A stretch of 64,000 nt of DNA from Vulcanimicrobiota bacterium. Its GTDB lineage: Bacteria > Vulcanimicrobiota > Vulcanimicrobiia > Vulcanimicrobiales > Vulcanimicrobiaceae. Positions within the stretch are counted from its first letter, which is position 1; each line of letters opens with the position of its first letter. The position numbers were made by a program, and so were the translations under genes. This document shows positions 27,792-38,836 of this stretch, one piece after another. The notes under the pieces were generated by a model. That model searched no databases and had not been told where the DNA came from. It was given only the letters and a program-made list of their open reading frames with translations. The DNA is taken from positions 832,001-896,000 of the forward strand of contig CAVZQC010000002.1 in NCBI GenBank assembly GCA_963777315.1, in the 5' to 3' direction.

Positions 27792-30700
27792 ATGCCGATC
27801 GAGCCTAAAGCATATTCTGCATTTACGCTTTGGCTTGCGCACCGGATTGTGGATCGGGCAAGTGGTCATGCGGTCCCGGACCATCCGGTGGCGGGCGAGT
27901 TGATGTTGCGTCGCCCCGCAGATGCCTTTTTTATCGGCTCCGTAGGACCTACTGCTCTTGCGCTACAGGAGCGCGGGAACAGCTCCCCTCCTGCAGTCGG
28001 GATTGATTTCTTTGTTGCAAATCTCGATCGAATCGTTATCTCCGGGTCGTTCGCCTACTACCGTCCAGAACTTCCGAGTCTGGAATTGTGTCGGGCGAGT
28101 GCCGCCGACACTGCGGACCCGGACTTTGAGATTCCAGTTGTAATGCGAAAGCGTGCAAAGACCTTCGAGTTGAATATTCAACTCGAAGTTGGGCAGCACC
28201 GTGAGCAAATCGAGATCCCGAACGACGGCTTGGACCGGGCATACGGCGCGCCGTCACAAGGGCACTATAAAGTCAGCAAAGCCGCGCTAAACGACGATGA
28301 AGCGTTTCGTCAAGCGCTGCAACGTTTAAACCTAAAGCCGCCGGCACTTCGGCTCGCCGCATCGATCACCGTAAACGTAACGCACGATGCACTTCGTGGT
28401 TATAGAGTGCAGTTCAGATTTGTCAACGAAAGTCTCAATACCCGTTGGCAATCGGAGCCACGATTGCAGCGTCGCATCGACCGCATCGAAGAGCCGTTCC
28501 TGTTTGACATAAACCTATCTGTCGAATTGCGGGACTGCAATTTGGTGCCTACCACGCTGGATCTCGAGGCCGAGGACTTTCGCTACGATAATCTGCTCTG
28601 GGCGGACGGCTTCAACACTTCCGCGGAGTACATCCCCAAGTCAAACTCTCTAAGGACCCGATACGCGCCTGTCGCGCATCAATTGCGCGTTAAACATGCA
28701 GAAGGTGCAGAGGACCTTCGATTCTCGAAATTTGCGTCGGACTCCATGGGCCAGTTGAATACGTTGCTCCAGCAAATGGAGAGGTACGCTAGTGAATGGC
28801 CGCCCTCGACACTGCCTAACGACGACCAACGTCAAGCCGAAAATCGGGATCGCGAACAGTTTGCAGACGAGGTGTCCCGGTTCAAAAAAGGCATCGTGCA
28901 ACTCAATGCGCAGCCGGACGCGTTAAAGGCCTTCCTCTCGACCATGCAAGTATTCGCGAATATTTGGGCGGTCCGTGACGTTAGTGGGTGCGCCGCTTGG
29001 CGAAGATTTCAAATAGTATTTATCGTGTCAGTAATTGGCGGCTTGTGCGGACGAGCGACATCGCATTACGACGATCTGAAAATTGTCGACATTCTTTGGT
29101 TCCCAACAGGGGGAGGCAAGACGGAGGCCTATCTTGCCATAATGTTGTGGCAAGCTTTTTTCGATCGTTTGAGAGGTAAGAAGACCGGGGTCACTGCAAT
29201 GATGCGGTTCCCGCTCAGATTACTCAGTTTGCAACAGATGCAGCGTGTTATTGAGGCTGTATGCTCAGCGGACAGTGTACGCGCATCCGACAAGGCGTAC
29301 GCCGGTGATCCATTTAGCGTAGGCTTCTTAGTCGGAAGTAATGCCACCAAAAACAAATTAGACGAGGCAGACATACGACAAATCCGGGAGCAGCTTAGTC
29401 TTCCGTTTGAAAAACGAAGTGATTGGGTCAGGCGGCATAGGGTTGTCTCAAGGTGCCCCTACTGCCACTCTGCCAGCTCTCTCGATATACGTATAGACGA
29501 TTTGAATAGACTCGTACACTATTGCACCAACAGTATGTGCGATAAAACGTTACCACTTTACGTAATCGACGACGAAGCGTATCGTTATCTACCCACAGTT
29601 CTAGTTGGAACTGTCGACAAGCTTGCACTGATTGGACAGAACTTACGCTGGAGACAGACTGCTTGGTTTCGTCGATTCTAAGTGCCCACTCCATGGTTAC
29701 ACTTCTGGCCGCAAATGCTCTGTCTATCCGTGCAAAGAGAAGTTGGAAAGCGTCCGACTATTCGATGCTGCGCCGGCCGTCGAAGTTCAGGACGAACTTC
29801 ATCTGCTAAGAGAAGAACTCGGGGTCGTTGCCTCTCACTACGAGACCGTCGCGCATTCCATTATCGAGAAGTATGGCAACGCCCCGATTAAAGTAATAGC
29901 GTCAACCGCAACCATTCAAAATCACAGGCGACAGGCGAAAGCGCTGTACGCCCGTGAAAGTCGGCAATTTCCTGTGATGGGTAGGACCCTTGCGGCGTCG
30001 TTCTATGCAGACGTGCAGGGATACGACCAACGAATATTCGTTGGCATAATGCCGAGACGGCTGACCCACATAAACGCCTTAATGCAACTTATGGAGATCG
30101 AGCACGAATGTATTCAGCGTTTACGGCGTCGGTTGATGGTACAGCCAATTGTTGATGATGGTGAACTCGACCAACTTCTGGATTACTATGAAGTGGTTGT
30201 CACGTATACGCTTCGAAGAATAGACCAGGACCGCGTCGATGGGTCGATAGAGTCGCAGGTAAACCCTTATCTGGCTAGCGATAATCTTCGCCCAATTAGT
30301 AATAAGCCAATGACTGCAACCACCACAACTGAAGACGTAACGAAGATTCTTGCGGAACTGGAGCATCCCAATGATGTCGTGGATGCCAGGTTGTCGTCTA
30401 TTACTGCAACGAGTATGATCTCGCATGGAGTGGACGTCGACCGGCTAAACATCATGAACTTCTTCGGCATGCCATTCTCAGCGGCCGAGTATATTCAGTC
30501 AAGTAGTAGAGTTGGTCGTAAGGTGTGCGGATGTGTATTTATTGTGTACCAAGCTCACAAAGAGCGCGAACGGAGCCATTATCAGCGTTTTATAAAATAT
30601 CACGAGTTTCAAAATCGCCTTGTCGAACCGGTTCCGCTGAACAGATGGGCGGCTCGCGCTTTAGAGTTCACGTCGCCGGGCCTGGTCATGGCAGCCATCT

Positions 30701-31038
30701 TTGCTCTCTATGGAGGCCGGTGGAGCGGACCTAGTCACAAGTCGCTGTGGCTTGCAAAAGAGGTCTTAAGAGCCTTCGACCAGAGGGCGTTCTCGGTTGA
30801 CGAAATCACTAATGCGCTTTTGGATGCTCTATTCGTCGAACCTAGCGATCGAGATAGTGTGAGGGAACATCTAACGTTTTTGATACGGGAGGGGCTCGAG
30901 CGCGCGAGGATCGTCGATAGTCGCACCGGTTTTGGGAACTGCATGTCACCTGAGCCGATGCAGAGTTTAAGAGATGTGGAACCAAGCTTTAACGTCGATG
31001 TCTTGGGTCCGAACATGTGGTACGTGGAGGCGAACTAG
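27792..31038 (+). pseudogene. drmA: DISARM DrmA-like SF2 helicase, split by a +1 frameshift near 29658 (ORFs 27792..29681 and 29632..31038)
   Basis: WFPTGGGKTEAY, PLRLLSLQQ and GTVDK in part 1; QDELHLL, ASTATI, SMISHGVDV and EYIQSSSRVGR in part 2. Confidence 0.85.
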
Positions 31039-32551
31039 TGGAGAGATCGTCGTCGCAGATACTATTCAACTATTTACCAGGCAAGACGTTTGACCACGAG
31101 ACGTACAGGGTTGTTTGCCGCGTCGATAGAGTCGACGGTGACAGATTGGATCGGCTTGATCGCGCTACAATGGTTGCTCGCGTCAATTCGCGGCTCGACG
31201 CAGCAATGCTCGCGGGAAATTCTATAGTCAATTACGACGAGCGTAGCCGCCGCGACGTTGAGTCATGGACCATGAAACGTCCGATGCAAGTCGTCGCTCG
31301 CGTCTTTCCGCTATTACTGCAATGCCGCCTAGGGTGCAAGCGCGTCTTCGAAATGCGTGAGGACGGGATGGGCCCGCGCCTTCGGCACTGTCCGGTGTGC
31401 AAGAAGCGGCTAACTCAGCTTCAACAAATATTGTTCCATGAATGCGGTACGCTACGGTCTTTGGAAGTGCCAAATTGTCCGAAGCATGGTCGATCCAACA
31501 TGTCTCTGGACGACCGTGGCAGCCTTTCTACCTCGGATTGGAGATGGATTTGCCGCGCAGCAGGATGCGATCAGACCATTTCGAGGCCGCTGACCCGACG
31601 ATGCGACTGCGGGACCTATTCGAAGACTTCGTTGAGACCTGATCTATACCGTTCGAGCCATGTATATCGTCCGCACAAAGAACAGATCATCGATTTCCCA
31701 GTAAAGGAAAGGCGCCTGTTTGTAGAGGGGCCTAATGCGAACGCCGCCGTTTTGGCATCATTTGTTGGTGTGGGCGAGGACGACGTGCTGGCGCAAGAGG
31801 AAGTGCTGGCTCAACAGCAAGCCATGGAGACGCTGGCTGCGTCGCTCGAGAAAGATAATCCCGAGCTAGCGCGGCAAATACGAGCTGAGCTTCAACGAAA
31901 GAAGGCTTCAGCTGGCAATCTTGTTGAGACTGCCAAACTCTACTTCGAAGAACCACTGCAAGGCATTATTGCTGAAAAAATACTGGACTACGTCGTTGCA
32001 AAGCGAGGCGTTGGCTTTAGTTCGTGGCAAGAGTATATTTCAGACGACGCTTTTAAGGGTGTCGCTTCCGGCGCATTGGCCACAGCCGGAATCGAGTCGC
32101 TGCTCTTTTCAAAGAAATTTCCGACGTCTATCGTCGTTTACGGATACTCTCGCGGTGGAAGCGATAACGCTGAAGCCGCCATTATTGGCTTTGGGCGCGA
32201 CGGCGATAAGTCCGTGATGTTCGGCAGCGAAAACGAATCCGATGCCGTACTCGTGGAGCTTTCCCCGGTTAAAATTTTGTCATGCATTGGCATTTGCGAG
32301 GACGACCACAAGAAAGCGCGCGCGCGCCTTGCCAGTATTGTAGCAGCTGGCGAGCCAGGCGCTGAAGTCATCGAAACGATCGTTCATACGTTCGCACATG
32401 CGTTCCTAAAGGCGGTCGCGGAATGGGCAGGCCTAGACTCGAGCTCGTTGGCCGAATACCTTTTTCCGTCCGCCGGCGCCTTTGCTGTCTACGAGCTAGT
32501 TGGTGCTGGTATGAAGTTGCCCGGCTCTCGTGGAGAGTTTTAGATTGGAAA

Positions 32552-33394
32552 TCACGCCGCGGTTTCCCGCTCATATGCGGCGGGAGAGCGGTAGCCCAGA
32601 GCTGAGTGGCGACGATGCCGATTGTACCAGCCCTCGATGAAGTCGAAGATAGCAAGTTCGGCTTCCTTATGCGTGCGGAACCGGTTCCGATCGAGTAGTT
32701 CGCATTCGAGCGTCGCATTGAAGCTCTCGCACATCGCGTTGTCGTAGCAATCACCAACTGAACCCATCGACGGACGAACTCCAGCTTCCCGGCACCGAGA
32801 TCCGAAAGCAATCGAGGTGTATTGCGTTCCTTGATCGGAATGATGAATGACGCTTTCGGGCCTACGACGTTCAATCGCCATGTTGAGCGCATCGAGTACA
32901 AGTTGCGTGCGCATGTTCGAGCTCATTGCATAGCCGACGATTCGGCGGCTAAACGCGTCGAGAACGACTGCAAGAAACAAGAACCCGGCGTAGGTTGGGA
33001 TGTACGTGATATCAGCAACCCACAGTTTGTCTGGTGCGTTAGCGATGAATTTTCGATCGACAAGATCCGGTGCGGGTCGAGCATCTCGATCACGCACGGT
33101 CGTCCGAACGCCCTTACGGCGGCTTGCGCCTACGAGATTTCGCTCGTTCATGAGTCGCGCAAGTCGGTCGTTGCTCAGGGTAATGCCCTCGTCTTTCAAC
33201 TCGGCCTTGATGCGTGGTCGACCGTACGTGTTGCGAGAGCGTCGATGAATTGCCTCGATGCGATCACCAAGTTCAATGTCGCGCCGCGCTTGCGCTGACG
33301 GTGGACGATTGAGCCACGCATAGTACCCGCTGGCGGAGACCTCCAGAACCCGGCACATCGTGGAAATGTGGAATTTGGCCTGGTAGCTCTTCAC
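32552..33394 (-). CDS. IS3 transposase OrfB (DDE integrase core)
   Basis: WVADITY, HHSDQGTQY, DNAMCESF and YNRHRRHSALGY. Confidence 0.95.
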   Translation of the reverse strand: MKSYQAKFHISTMCRVLEVSASGYYAWLNRPPSAQARRDIELGDRIEAIHRRSRNTYGRPRIKAELKDEGITLSNDRLARLMNERNLVGASRRKGVRTTVRDRDARPAPDLVDRKFIANAPDKLWVADITYIPTYAGFLFLAVVLDAFSRRIVGYAMSSNMRTQLVLDALNMAIERRRPESVIHHSDQGTQYTSIAFGSRCREAGVRPSMGSVGDCYDNAMCESFNATLECELLDRNRFRTHKEAELAIFDFIEGWYNRHRRHSALGYRSPAAYERETAA

Positions 33395-33708
33395 GAGTCG
33401 GAAGATTTCTTGGGGATCACGTCGGTCTCCCGAGCAAACCAGGCCGCGGCTTTTGACAAGATTTCATTCTCGATCGTGAGTCGCTTGTTTTCACGTCGAA
33501 GTTTCGAGAGTTCTGCTCGTTCTTCGCTGGTCAATCCGTCGGTGCGCTTGCCAGTATCGAGATCGACCTGCTTTTCCCAATTGCGAATCGTTTGTGGTGC
33601 AAGCTCGAATTCGGCGGCCAACTCATCTATGCGGCGACCGGTACGCAGCAGTTCAAGAACTTTATGCCGGAAGTCCGGCGGGTAGGAGTGCGGACGCTTT
33701 TTGCCCAT
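33391..33708 (-). CDS. IS3 transposase OrfA (HTH)
   Basis: YPPDFR...LRRENKRLTIENEILSKAAAWFA; stop overlaps the OrfB GTG. Confidence 0.93.
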   Translation of the reverse strand: MGKKRPHSYPPDFRHKVLELLRTGRRIDELAAEFELAPQTIRNWEKQVDLDTGKRTDGLTSEERAELSKLRRENKRLTIENEILSKAAAWFARETDVIPKKSSDS

Positions 33709-33978
33709 TGGTGGACCCTTCTCCGCCAAAGCGGAAGTGTCCACGAGAGCCGGGCAACTTCAGTATTTCAATGGGCGGCATCGAACGAATGGTGAGAACA
33801 CATCTGCGAGCAGTCGCTGATACCTTCCTTAGCATCGTGTCGTCGTGCATGTACGACCCGTCTTGCTCAGAGCGGAGCGGCGCATGTTTTGCATGTGTGC
33901 ATCTTGCTGAGATCAGTTGCCAGAATTTTAACATGATGCTGGATCGACGCACTCTTTTGGGCGATTCGGGCTATCTGC

Positions 33979-34686
33979 ATGAATCAGTTCCTGTTCGCGC
34001 GTAGCGTCTGCGAAGCTGCTGGCTGGGATCCCGCTCTTGTGGGAAGGGCTATTGCGGGGATCGACGTCCCGGAAATATCTACCCGTCTGCGGCTACTTGA
34101 AGTTGATTCAGGCCAGCAGGACGAGATTCTAAGCCTCGCGCGCGAGTTATGCATCGTGAGGCTGGAGTCACTGGAGAACACGGTCAGAGTTTTAACCTCT
34201 TCCGTGGACCTGCTAGATGAGTGCGCTGGAATTTGGGGTATCGGGCAGGAATGGCTTGAGCTCATTCGCCAAGCGCGAACGAGCATATTGATAGTGGCGC
34301 CGGCGCTTGATGCGAACGCTGCAACATATCTAAGGGATGCCCTCATTGGCGCTTACTCGGCCGGCGTCAGATTGACCGTAATTTATGGATCGCTAGGGGA
34401 ACGTCGTCGCATCAGAGCGGCGCTGACGGTGATTGCCGATTGTTTCCCAAACGCCAATATCTTGCAATGGCCAAATACGCACGGCTTTTTGCATGCTAAG
34501 ATAATCTGCGTCGATCGTGCGGCGATTTACCTTGGAAGTGCAAATCTGACCAACTACGGTTGGAATAAGAACGTCGAGCTCGGAGTTACGCTGAGAGGCG
34601 TGGCAGCGTGCGCGCTTGTAGGTGTTTGCGATCGCCTTTTGGAGGCTGCGCAAAGTGAACGAGTTACTGCGCGGAATGGGCAATAA
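33979..34686 (+). CDS. drmC: Phospholipase D-family nuclease, DISARM DrmC-like
   Basis: Single HxKxxxxD (HAKIICVD), GSANLT and NVELG; follows drmB. Confidence 0.82.
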   Translation: MNQFLFARSVCEAAGWDPALVGRAIAGIDVPEISTRLRLLEVDSGQQDEILSLARELCIVRLESLENTVRVLTSSVDLLDECAGIWGIGQEWLELIRQARTSILIVAPALDANAATYLRDALIGAYSAGVRLTVIYGSLGERRRIRAALTVIADCFPNANILQWPNTHGFLHAKIICVDRAAIYLGSANLTNYGWNKNVELGVTLRGVAACALVGVCDRLLEAAQSERVTARNGQ

Positions 34687-34688
34687 CG

Positions 34689-37079
34689 ATGGTCGCGTCT
34701 GGGGTGAAGCAGGGAACGCCGCAACAACCCCCGCTCAAGCGGCGAAAGCGTCGGCAGAAGGCTGGAGAGGGTACAAACGTCTGCGCCGCCTGTTTCTTGC
34801 GAAAGTCGGATATTCGCGAGGCGTACTGCACGGCATGCATTGGCAATGGTGGCGAAATCCGCAGAGCGGCCGGCTCAAACGGTCATGCGTCTAGCACGAT
34901 AGCCGCTTTATCGGAACAGCAGCAACTTTGGCTTGGCTCCGAGCAAGTGCAGATAAATCCGCTGGATGCGAGTTTCTGCGAGGACTTCGAACAGAACTAC
35001 TCCGCGGGCAATAGCAGGCTGTACGTCTATCCCGTTACTTCGTACGTCCTGCCAGCGCTGTTCGTCGCAACGGTATTCATAAACCATCTTGCCAAGACAT
35101 CTGGCAGGAGATCCGCTCTGCCGAGCATTTTGTGGTATACCCCAACCGATGGCCGCGAACTTTTTGCACGGTTGCGGTTCGGCAAAAAAAGGAACAGCGT
35201 GTCGGAAATTTGCGGCACTGCCCGCATTAATACTGATGGCCAGCGTATTGGTTCAACACCCCGCAAGGTGCGCTTGTGTCTAACAGGGCATCCGGTCCTT
35301 CCCAAAGACCGTTCTTGGTCGCCAGACGCGGTGATAGTAGATACACATCACTTTGGTGATGTTGCTTCTGTGAAATTGCTAACAGCGGTACGCAATGAAT
35401 GGCCGCACGTCCGAACGTTTGCCATCACGTCGGATCCACTAACCCCGCTGAGGGACTGTTTTGAAAGTGTATTGGACGGAACGGCAAAAGATACTCTTCA
35501 ACTGCCTTCACTTCAAATTGGACGTGATATTCCGGAGAATGCGTTTGCATCTGTGGCTGTTCAACTAAATACGTTTGCGAGCGGAGTGGAGCGCACAGTG
35601 GAGATCGTCGCCGAAACGCCATCTCCGCGCTGGAACGATTTGAGAGACGTTTTTCCTTTGGCGAAGCGCAATGTTGGCTCGCTCGTAACGGCGCGGCTTT
35701 TCCTCGCTGCCGTGAAATGGGTTTCAGGATTACCGGTTCGCCCGTCGGAATTTGAAGCAAACCGAACGCTTTTAATGAGCTCTTTCGAAGACTGGCTGTC
35801 GCGGATTCGACGGACGGCGAGAGACGAGGGCACTACGGCAATGTTGATAGCCGGTGCAACAACGGTCCTTCGGGACATCTGCACCGACTTAGAGCGCGAC
35901 AATCAAAAACACGCCGCGTTAATGCGTGCAATTAACGATCAGAGCGAACAAGGACGACGCGTGGCTATAATCGTTCAGAGAGTAGGTATGCGGAACGTGC
36001 TTAGGCAAGCCTTGCTTGCGGCGACCATGGATGGCGAACTTAGCGATGATGGACAGAGCCGCGCGAGCGTGTCAGTAATGACTACCGAACAACTGTTCAG
36101 GGCTGAGACTTGTGATCTTGTGATCGTGCCCGCGCTGCTTCCGCATGGTATGCTATGGGCGCTACGCGCCGCAATAGCTCCCGAAATGAAAATCCTATCC
36201 TACGGTTGTGAAACAGCCCACTGGGAGTGGTCGCTCAACGAGGCTGGCGCCGCTGGGCAACCCTTGCGTCGTTCCACCGCGCCTGATGGACCGCGCCAAG
36301 CCGATGCGGCGCCGCAAAACCGGAGTTTCGAGGCAGCATTGTCCCTAGACTTAGCCAGCCTCGTCGCTGATGATTTGGACGAAGTAGACCTTTCTTTGCC
36401 GTGGAGTGAAAGCTCGTCCACACAGACTGCCCGTCGGTGCATTTCGTTTCAAGATGACTCGGAAGTAACCGTAGCGGATTCATCTATTGTTCAGGTCGTT
36501 GACGAGCAAGAACAAATCAGAGAAACGCGCGCCCGGGACATTAAGGTCGGGGACATGCTGCTTATAGCCAACGGCGGTCCCCTACGCGATCTTTTTGACC
36601 TCCTTCGAGAAAGGGTTGATTCGCAGACGGGCCTTGCGCGAGCTGTTGAGATAGTAAAGGCATTCCATCAACTGCTAGAGCACGCGTTCAGGCGTTCCGA
36701 GATGACATACGAAACGCTTCGCGATAAGTTACGGGCCATTGGCTCACGGATCATACACCCTGTAAGCATCGCGGAATGGGTCGAGGGCGAACGGTTTGGA
36801 CCGATCGATCCACTTGATATAGAGCGACTAGGGCGCATTTTTAGTATTGACACGTTTGCTACAAGCTACAGTCAGTACTATTCGTCAATGCAGCGAGTTC
36901 GCATCGCGCACCGCGAGCTCGGCAGAGCCCTCGTCAGACTTGTCCATGCATCGTACGCGGACGCGGACGCTAACTCCATACGGCTTACAGTTGAAGGTGA
37001 GGATGTCGTCCTGTACGACATCTCGGATGCCATTACGCTCAAACGGGTTGTGACCATTACAATCATTCCTGCAGAATAA
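34689..37079 (+). CDS. Large hypothetical protein, probably DISARM class II DrmE-like
   Basis: 796 aa, starts 3 nt after the drmC stop; degenerate helicase-like blocks and an N-terminal CxxC...CxxC; assignment rests mainly on size and context. Confidence 0.6.
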   Translation: MVASGVKQGTPQQPPLKRRKRRQKAGEGTNVCAACFLRKSDIREAYCTACIGNGGEIRRAAGSNGHASSTIAALSEQQQLWLGSEQVQINPLDASFCEDFEQNYSAGNSRLYVYPVTSYVLPALFVATVFINHLAKTSGRRSALPSILWYTPTDGRELFARLRFGKKRNSVSEICGTARINTDGQRIGSTPRKVRLCLTGHPVLPKDRSWSPDAVIVDTHHFGDVASVKLLTAVRNEWPHVRTFAITSDPLTPLRDCFESVLDGTAKDTLQLPSLQIGRDIPENAFASVAVQLNTFASGVERTVEIVAETPSPRWNDLRDVFPLAKRNVGSLVTARLFLAAVKWVSGLPVRPSEFEANRTLLMSSFEDWLSRIRRTARDEGTTAMLIAGATTVLRDICTDLERDNQKHAALMRAINDQSEQGRRVAIIVQRVGMRNVLRQALLAATMDGELSDDGQSRASVSVMTTEQLFRAETCDLVIVPALLPHGMLWALRAAIAPEMKILSYGCETAHWEWSLNEAGAAGQPLRRSTAPDGPRQADAAPQNRSFEAALSLDLASLVADDLDEVDLSLPWSESSSTQTARRCISFQDDSEVTVADSSIVQVVDEQEQIRETRARDIKVGDMLLIANGGPLRDLFDLLRERVDSQTGLARAVEIVKAFHQLLEHAFRRSEMTYETLRDKLRAIGSRIIHPVSIAEWVEGERFGPIDPLDIERLGRIFSIDTFATSYSQYYSSMQRVRIAHRELGRALVRLVHASYADADANSIRLTVEGEDVVLYDISDAITLKRVVTITIIPAE

Positions 37080-37129
37080 GTTTTTAGTTTGAAACGACGC
37101 TTACGAGCGAGCGAAGTCAGCCCAGACGG

Positions 37130-37816
37130 TTACCACAAGTGGTCACCCTGGATGCAGAACATGGCCAATGGCGACGGTTTTTTTAAGGTTTTTCTGACGA
37201 CAACCGGCAAACGAACGACGTTCGACATGAATACGCCGAAGCCGGTTACGGCTTTTATAGGCTGCGGCAGTGAAGCCGCAACGACCCTAATCTGAACGGC
37301 TATCGTTATTTGAATAGCGGTCTGCGCCCTATTGGTCGTGCACCAGCACCAGGATTCATGCCATGCCGCGACCAGATAGCTGAATAGGTCGTCCGCGATC
37401 TTTTTGCGGTGTTCGCTTATTCTGCAGACGCCCATGTATTCAGAAAGATCTTCGAGACGCTTCGAATAGAGAACTTCCCGCAAAAATCGCGCCTCTATTG
37501 AGCCGGTGAACCACCGGTTTGTGAAAGGGGCGTAGCAGAGCGCGACCAGTACGGTGAGCGCGCCGGCTCCTATGGCTATCGAAGTGTTATCGATATGCGG
37601 GTTCCTCGCGGGAGCGGTGAAAAACAACACTTCGCCCGCAACCCAGAGTGCGCCGACGAGAAGGCCCACCACGACAGCCCAGTACATCGGTAGCTTTTCC
37701 ATTCTCCACAATAAACGTCGAAGATCGTTGAGCATGGCGTCGGGAATCGGCCCTGTGTCGCCGCTCTGCGGGATCTGAGAACCTGCATCGCGGCGATTGG
37801 AATTTATTGAATTCAT
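37130..37816 (-). CDS. Hypothetical membrane protein (2 TM)
   Basis: Two hydrophobic segments near the N-terminus; start and 3' end uncertain. Confidence 0.45.
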   Translation of the reverse strand: MNSINSNRRDAGSQIPQSGDTGPIPDAMLNDLRRLLWRMEKLPMYWAVVVGLLVGALWVAGEVLFFTAPARNPHIDNTSIAIGAGALTVLVALCYAPFTNRWFTGSIEARFLREVLYSKRLEDLSEYMGVCRISEHRKKIADDLFSYLVAAWHESWCWCTTNRAQTAIQITIAVQIRVVAASLPQPIKAVTGFGVFMSNVVRLPVVVRKTLKKPSPLAMFCIQGDHLW

Positions 37817-37971
37817 TTGTTCAGCCTACAGGCATCAATGGCCAACCCCCTGGCATTCAGGCAGCGCATGCTGGTCGTAGAGTTACCGACGCTGCTACCT
37901 TGGCGCGGGGTCTGCCCGCAGTTTTGCGAGGCAGACCCCATGCGCTATGGTATTCGGAGTCACGGAAGGAG

Positions 37972-38229
37972 ATGGGATTGAAAGGTCACGGTGACGATGC
38001 TGCCTCACAAGCGGAACGTCTTATTTTACGGGCCTCATACGATTTCAAGCGCTCGACCGAACTTCAGGGCTCGGGCGATCAGATAAGAATTCTTGATGGC
38101 AAAGGTATCGTTTCAGCGCGGGTGACGGACCGGCACATCGAGCTCGTTACGGAAGACGGCTACCGCGTCGCATTCTATGGCTTGATCGAGATTGTTGCGC
38201 CCGGTGGCACGAGCGTTTACGACCGCTGA
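37972..38229 (+). CDS. Small hypothetical protein
   Basis: AAGGAG directly upstream; 85 aa. Confidence 0.45.
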   Translation: MGLKGHGDDAASQAERLILRASYDFKRSTELQGSGDQIRILDGKGIVSARVTDRHIELVTEDGYRVAFYGLIEIVAPGGTSVYDR

Positions 38230-38476
38230 AATTTTCGGATCCAACTTCCCGGATAACCACGGATTTCGGCCCCGTTTTTCTCCAGCCGCAGCGTCCAAAT
38301 CGTGGCTTGCTAAAAGCCGCATCGAAAGCGCTTTGGGGCATCGGGTGTGCCGATACTCAGAATCAACCGCCTGGAACGCCGGTGGAGTCGACGGTCGAAA
38401 AGTGGCCATTACCGCCCACAGTTTTGCGACCGTCCATGCCCTGAAAGTGCCGCGTCCGCTCCGAAATCGGTCCTCC

Positions 38477-38686
38477 AAAACCCCTGTTCAAAAGCCGCGT
38501 CTCGCTAGTCGAGATAGACGGAATGGTGCCAGCCAAAAAAACCGCGCAAAGAGTCGCGTGTTGCAGTCGAGATAGGAGCATTGGCGCCAACTTGGATTTT
38601 TGGTGGGGCCGCCCATTAGCGAATGCCACGAAAAAGCCGCGTTCAAAAGTCGATAGTTGCTAGTCGAGATAGACGGATTGGCGGCA
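38477..38686. repeat. Three degenerate ~55-bp direct repeats
   Basis: Shared core agtcgagatag at 38507, 38565 and 38662 with similar flanks (aaaa..cg..caaa.ag.cg upstream, tgg.g.ca downstream). Confidence 0.75.
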
Positions 38687-38836
38687 AATCCAGTTTTTCA
38701 GGGCGCGAAGACTGGAGATTAAGCTCGCCGAGTTCCACGCACACTGCTGCACTGCCTTATAGCACCCCAGCACTGGCAACAAAGAATTCCCGCGAGGTGC
38801 CCCGCGACGCCGCAAAGTGCCGATACTCGCAAAACG

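Larger units (their letters stand above)
32512..33762 (-). mobile_element. IS3-family insertion sequence, 1251 bp
   Basis: Perfect 23-bp terminal IRs tgaagttgcccggctctcgtgga (TG...CA ends); 3-bp target duplication GTA at 32509-32511 and 33763-33765. Confidence 0.96.
31038..34004 (+). pseudogene. drmB: DISARM DrmB-like DUF1998 protein interrupted by IS3 (31038..32511 plus 33766..34004)
   Basis: HTFAHAFLK...SSLAEYL upstream of the IS; CMYDPSC...ACFAC...EISC...N..LDR downstream; removing the IS restores the frame. Confidence 0.88.

Noticed and set aside
33594..34004. Independent 136-aa gene
   Set aside because: Its 5' part is IS3 sequence and its 3' part is the severed C-terminus of drmB.
38477..38686. 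Repeats as a CRISPR array
   Set aside because: Only three degenerate copies with irregular spacing (58 and 97 bp between cores) and no cas genes in the window.
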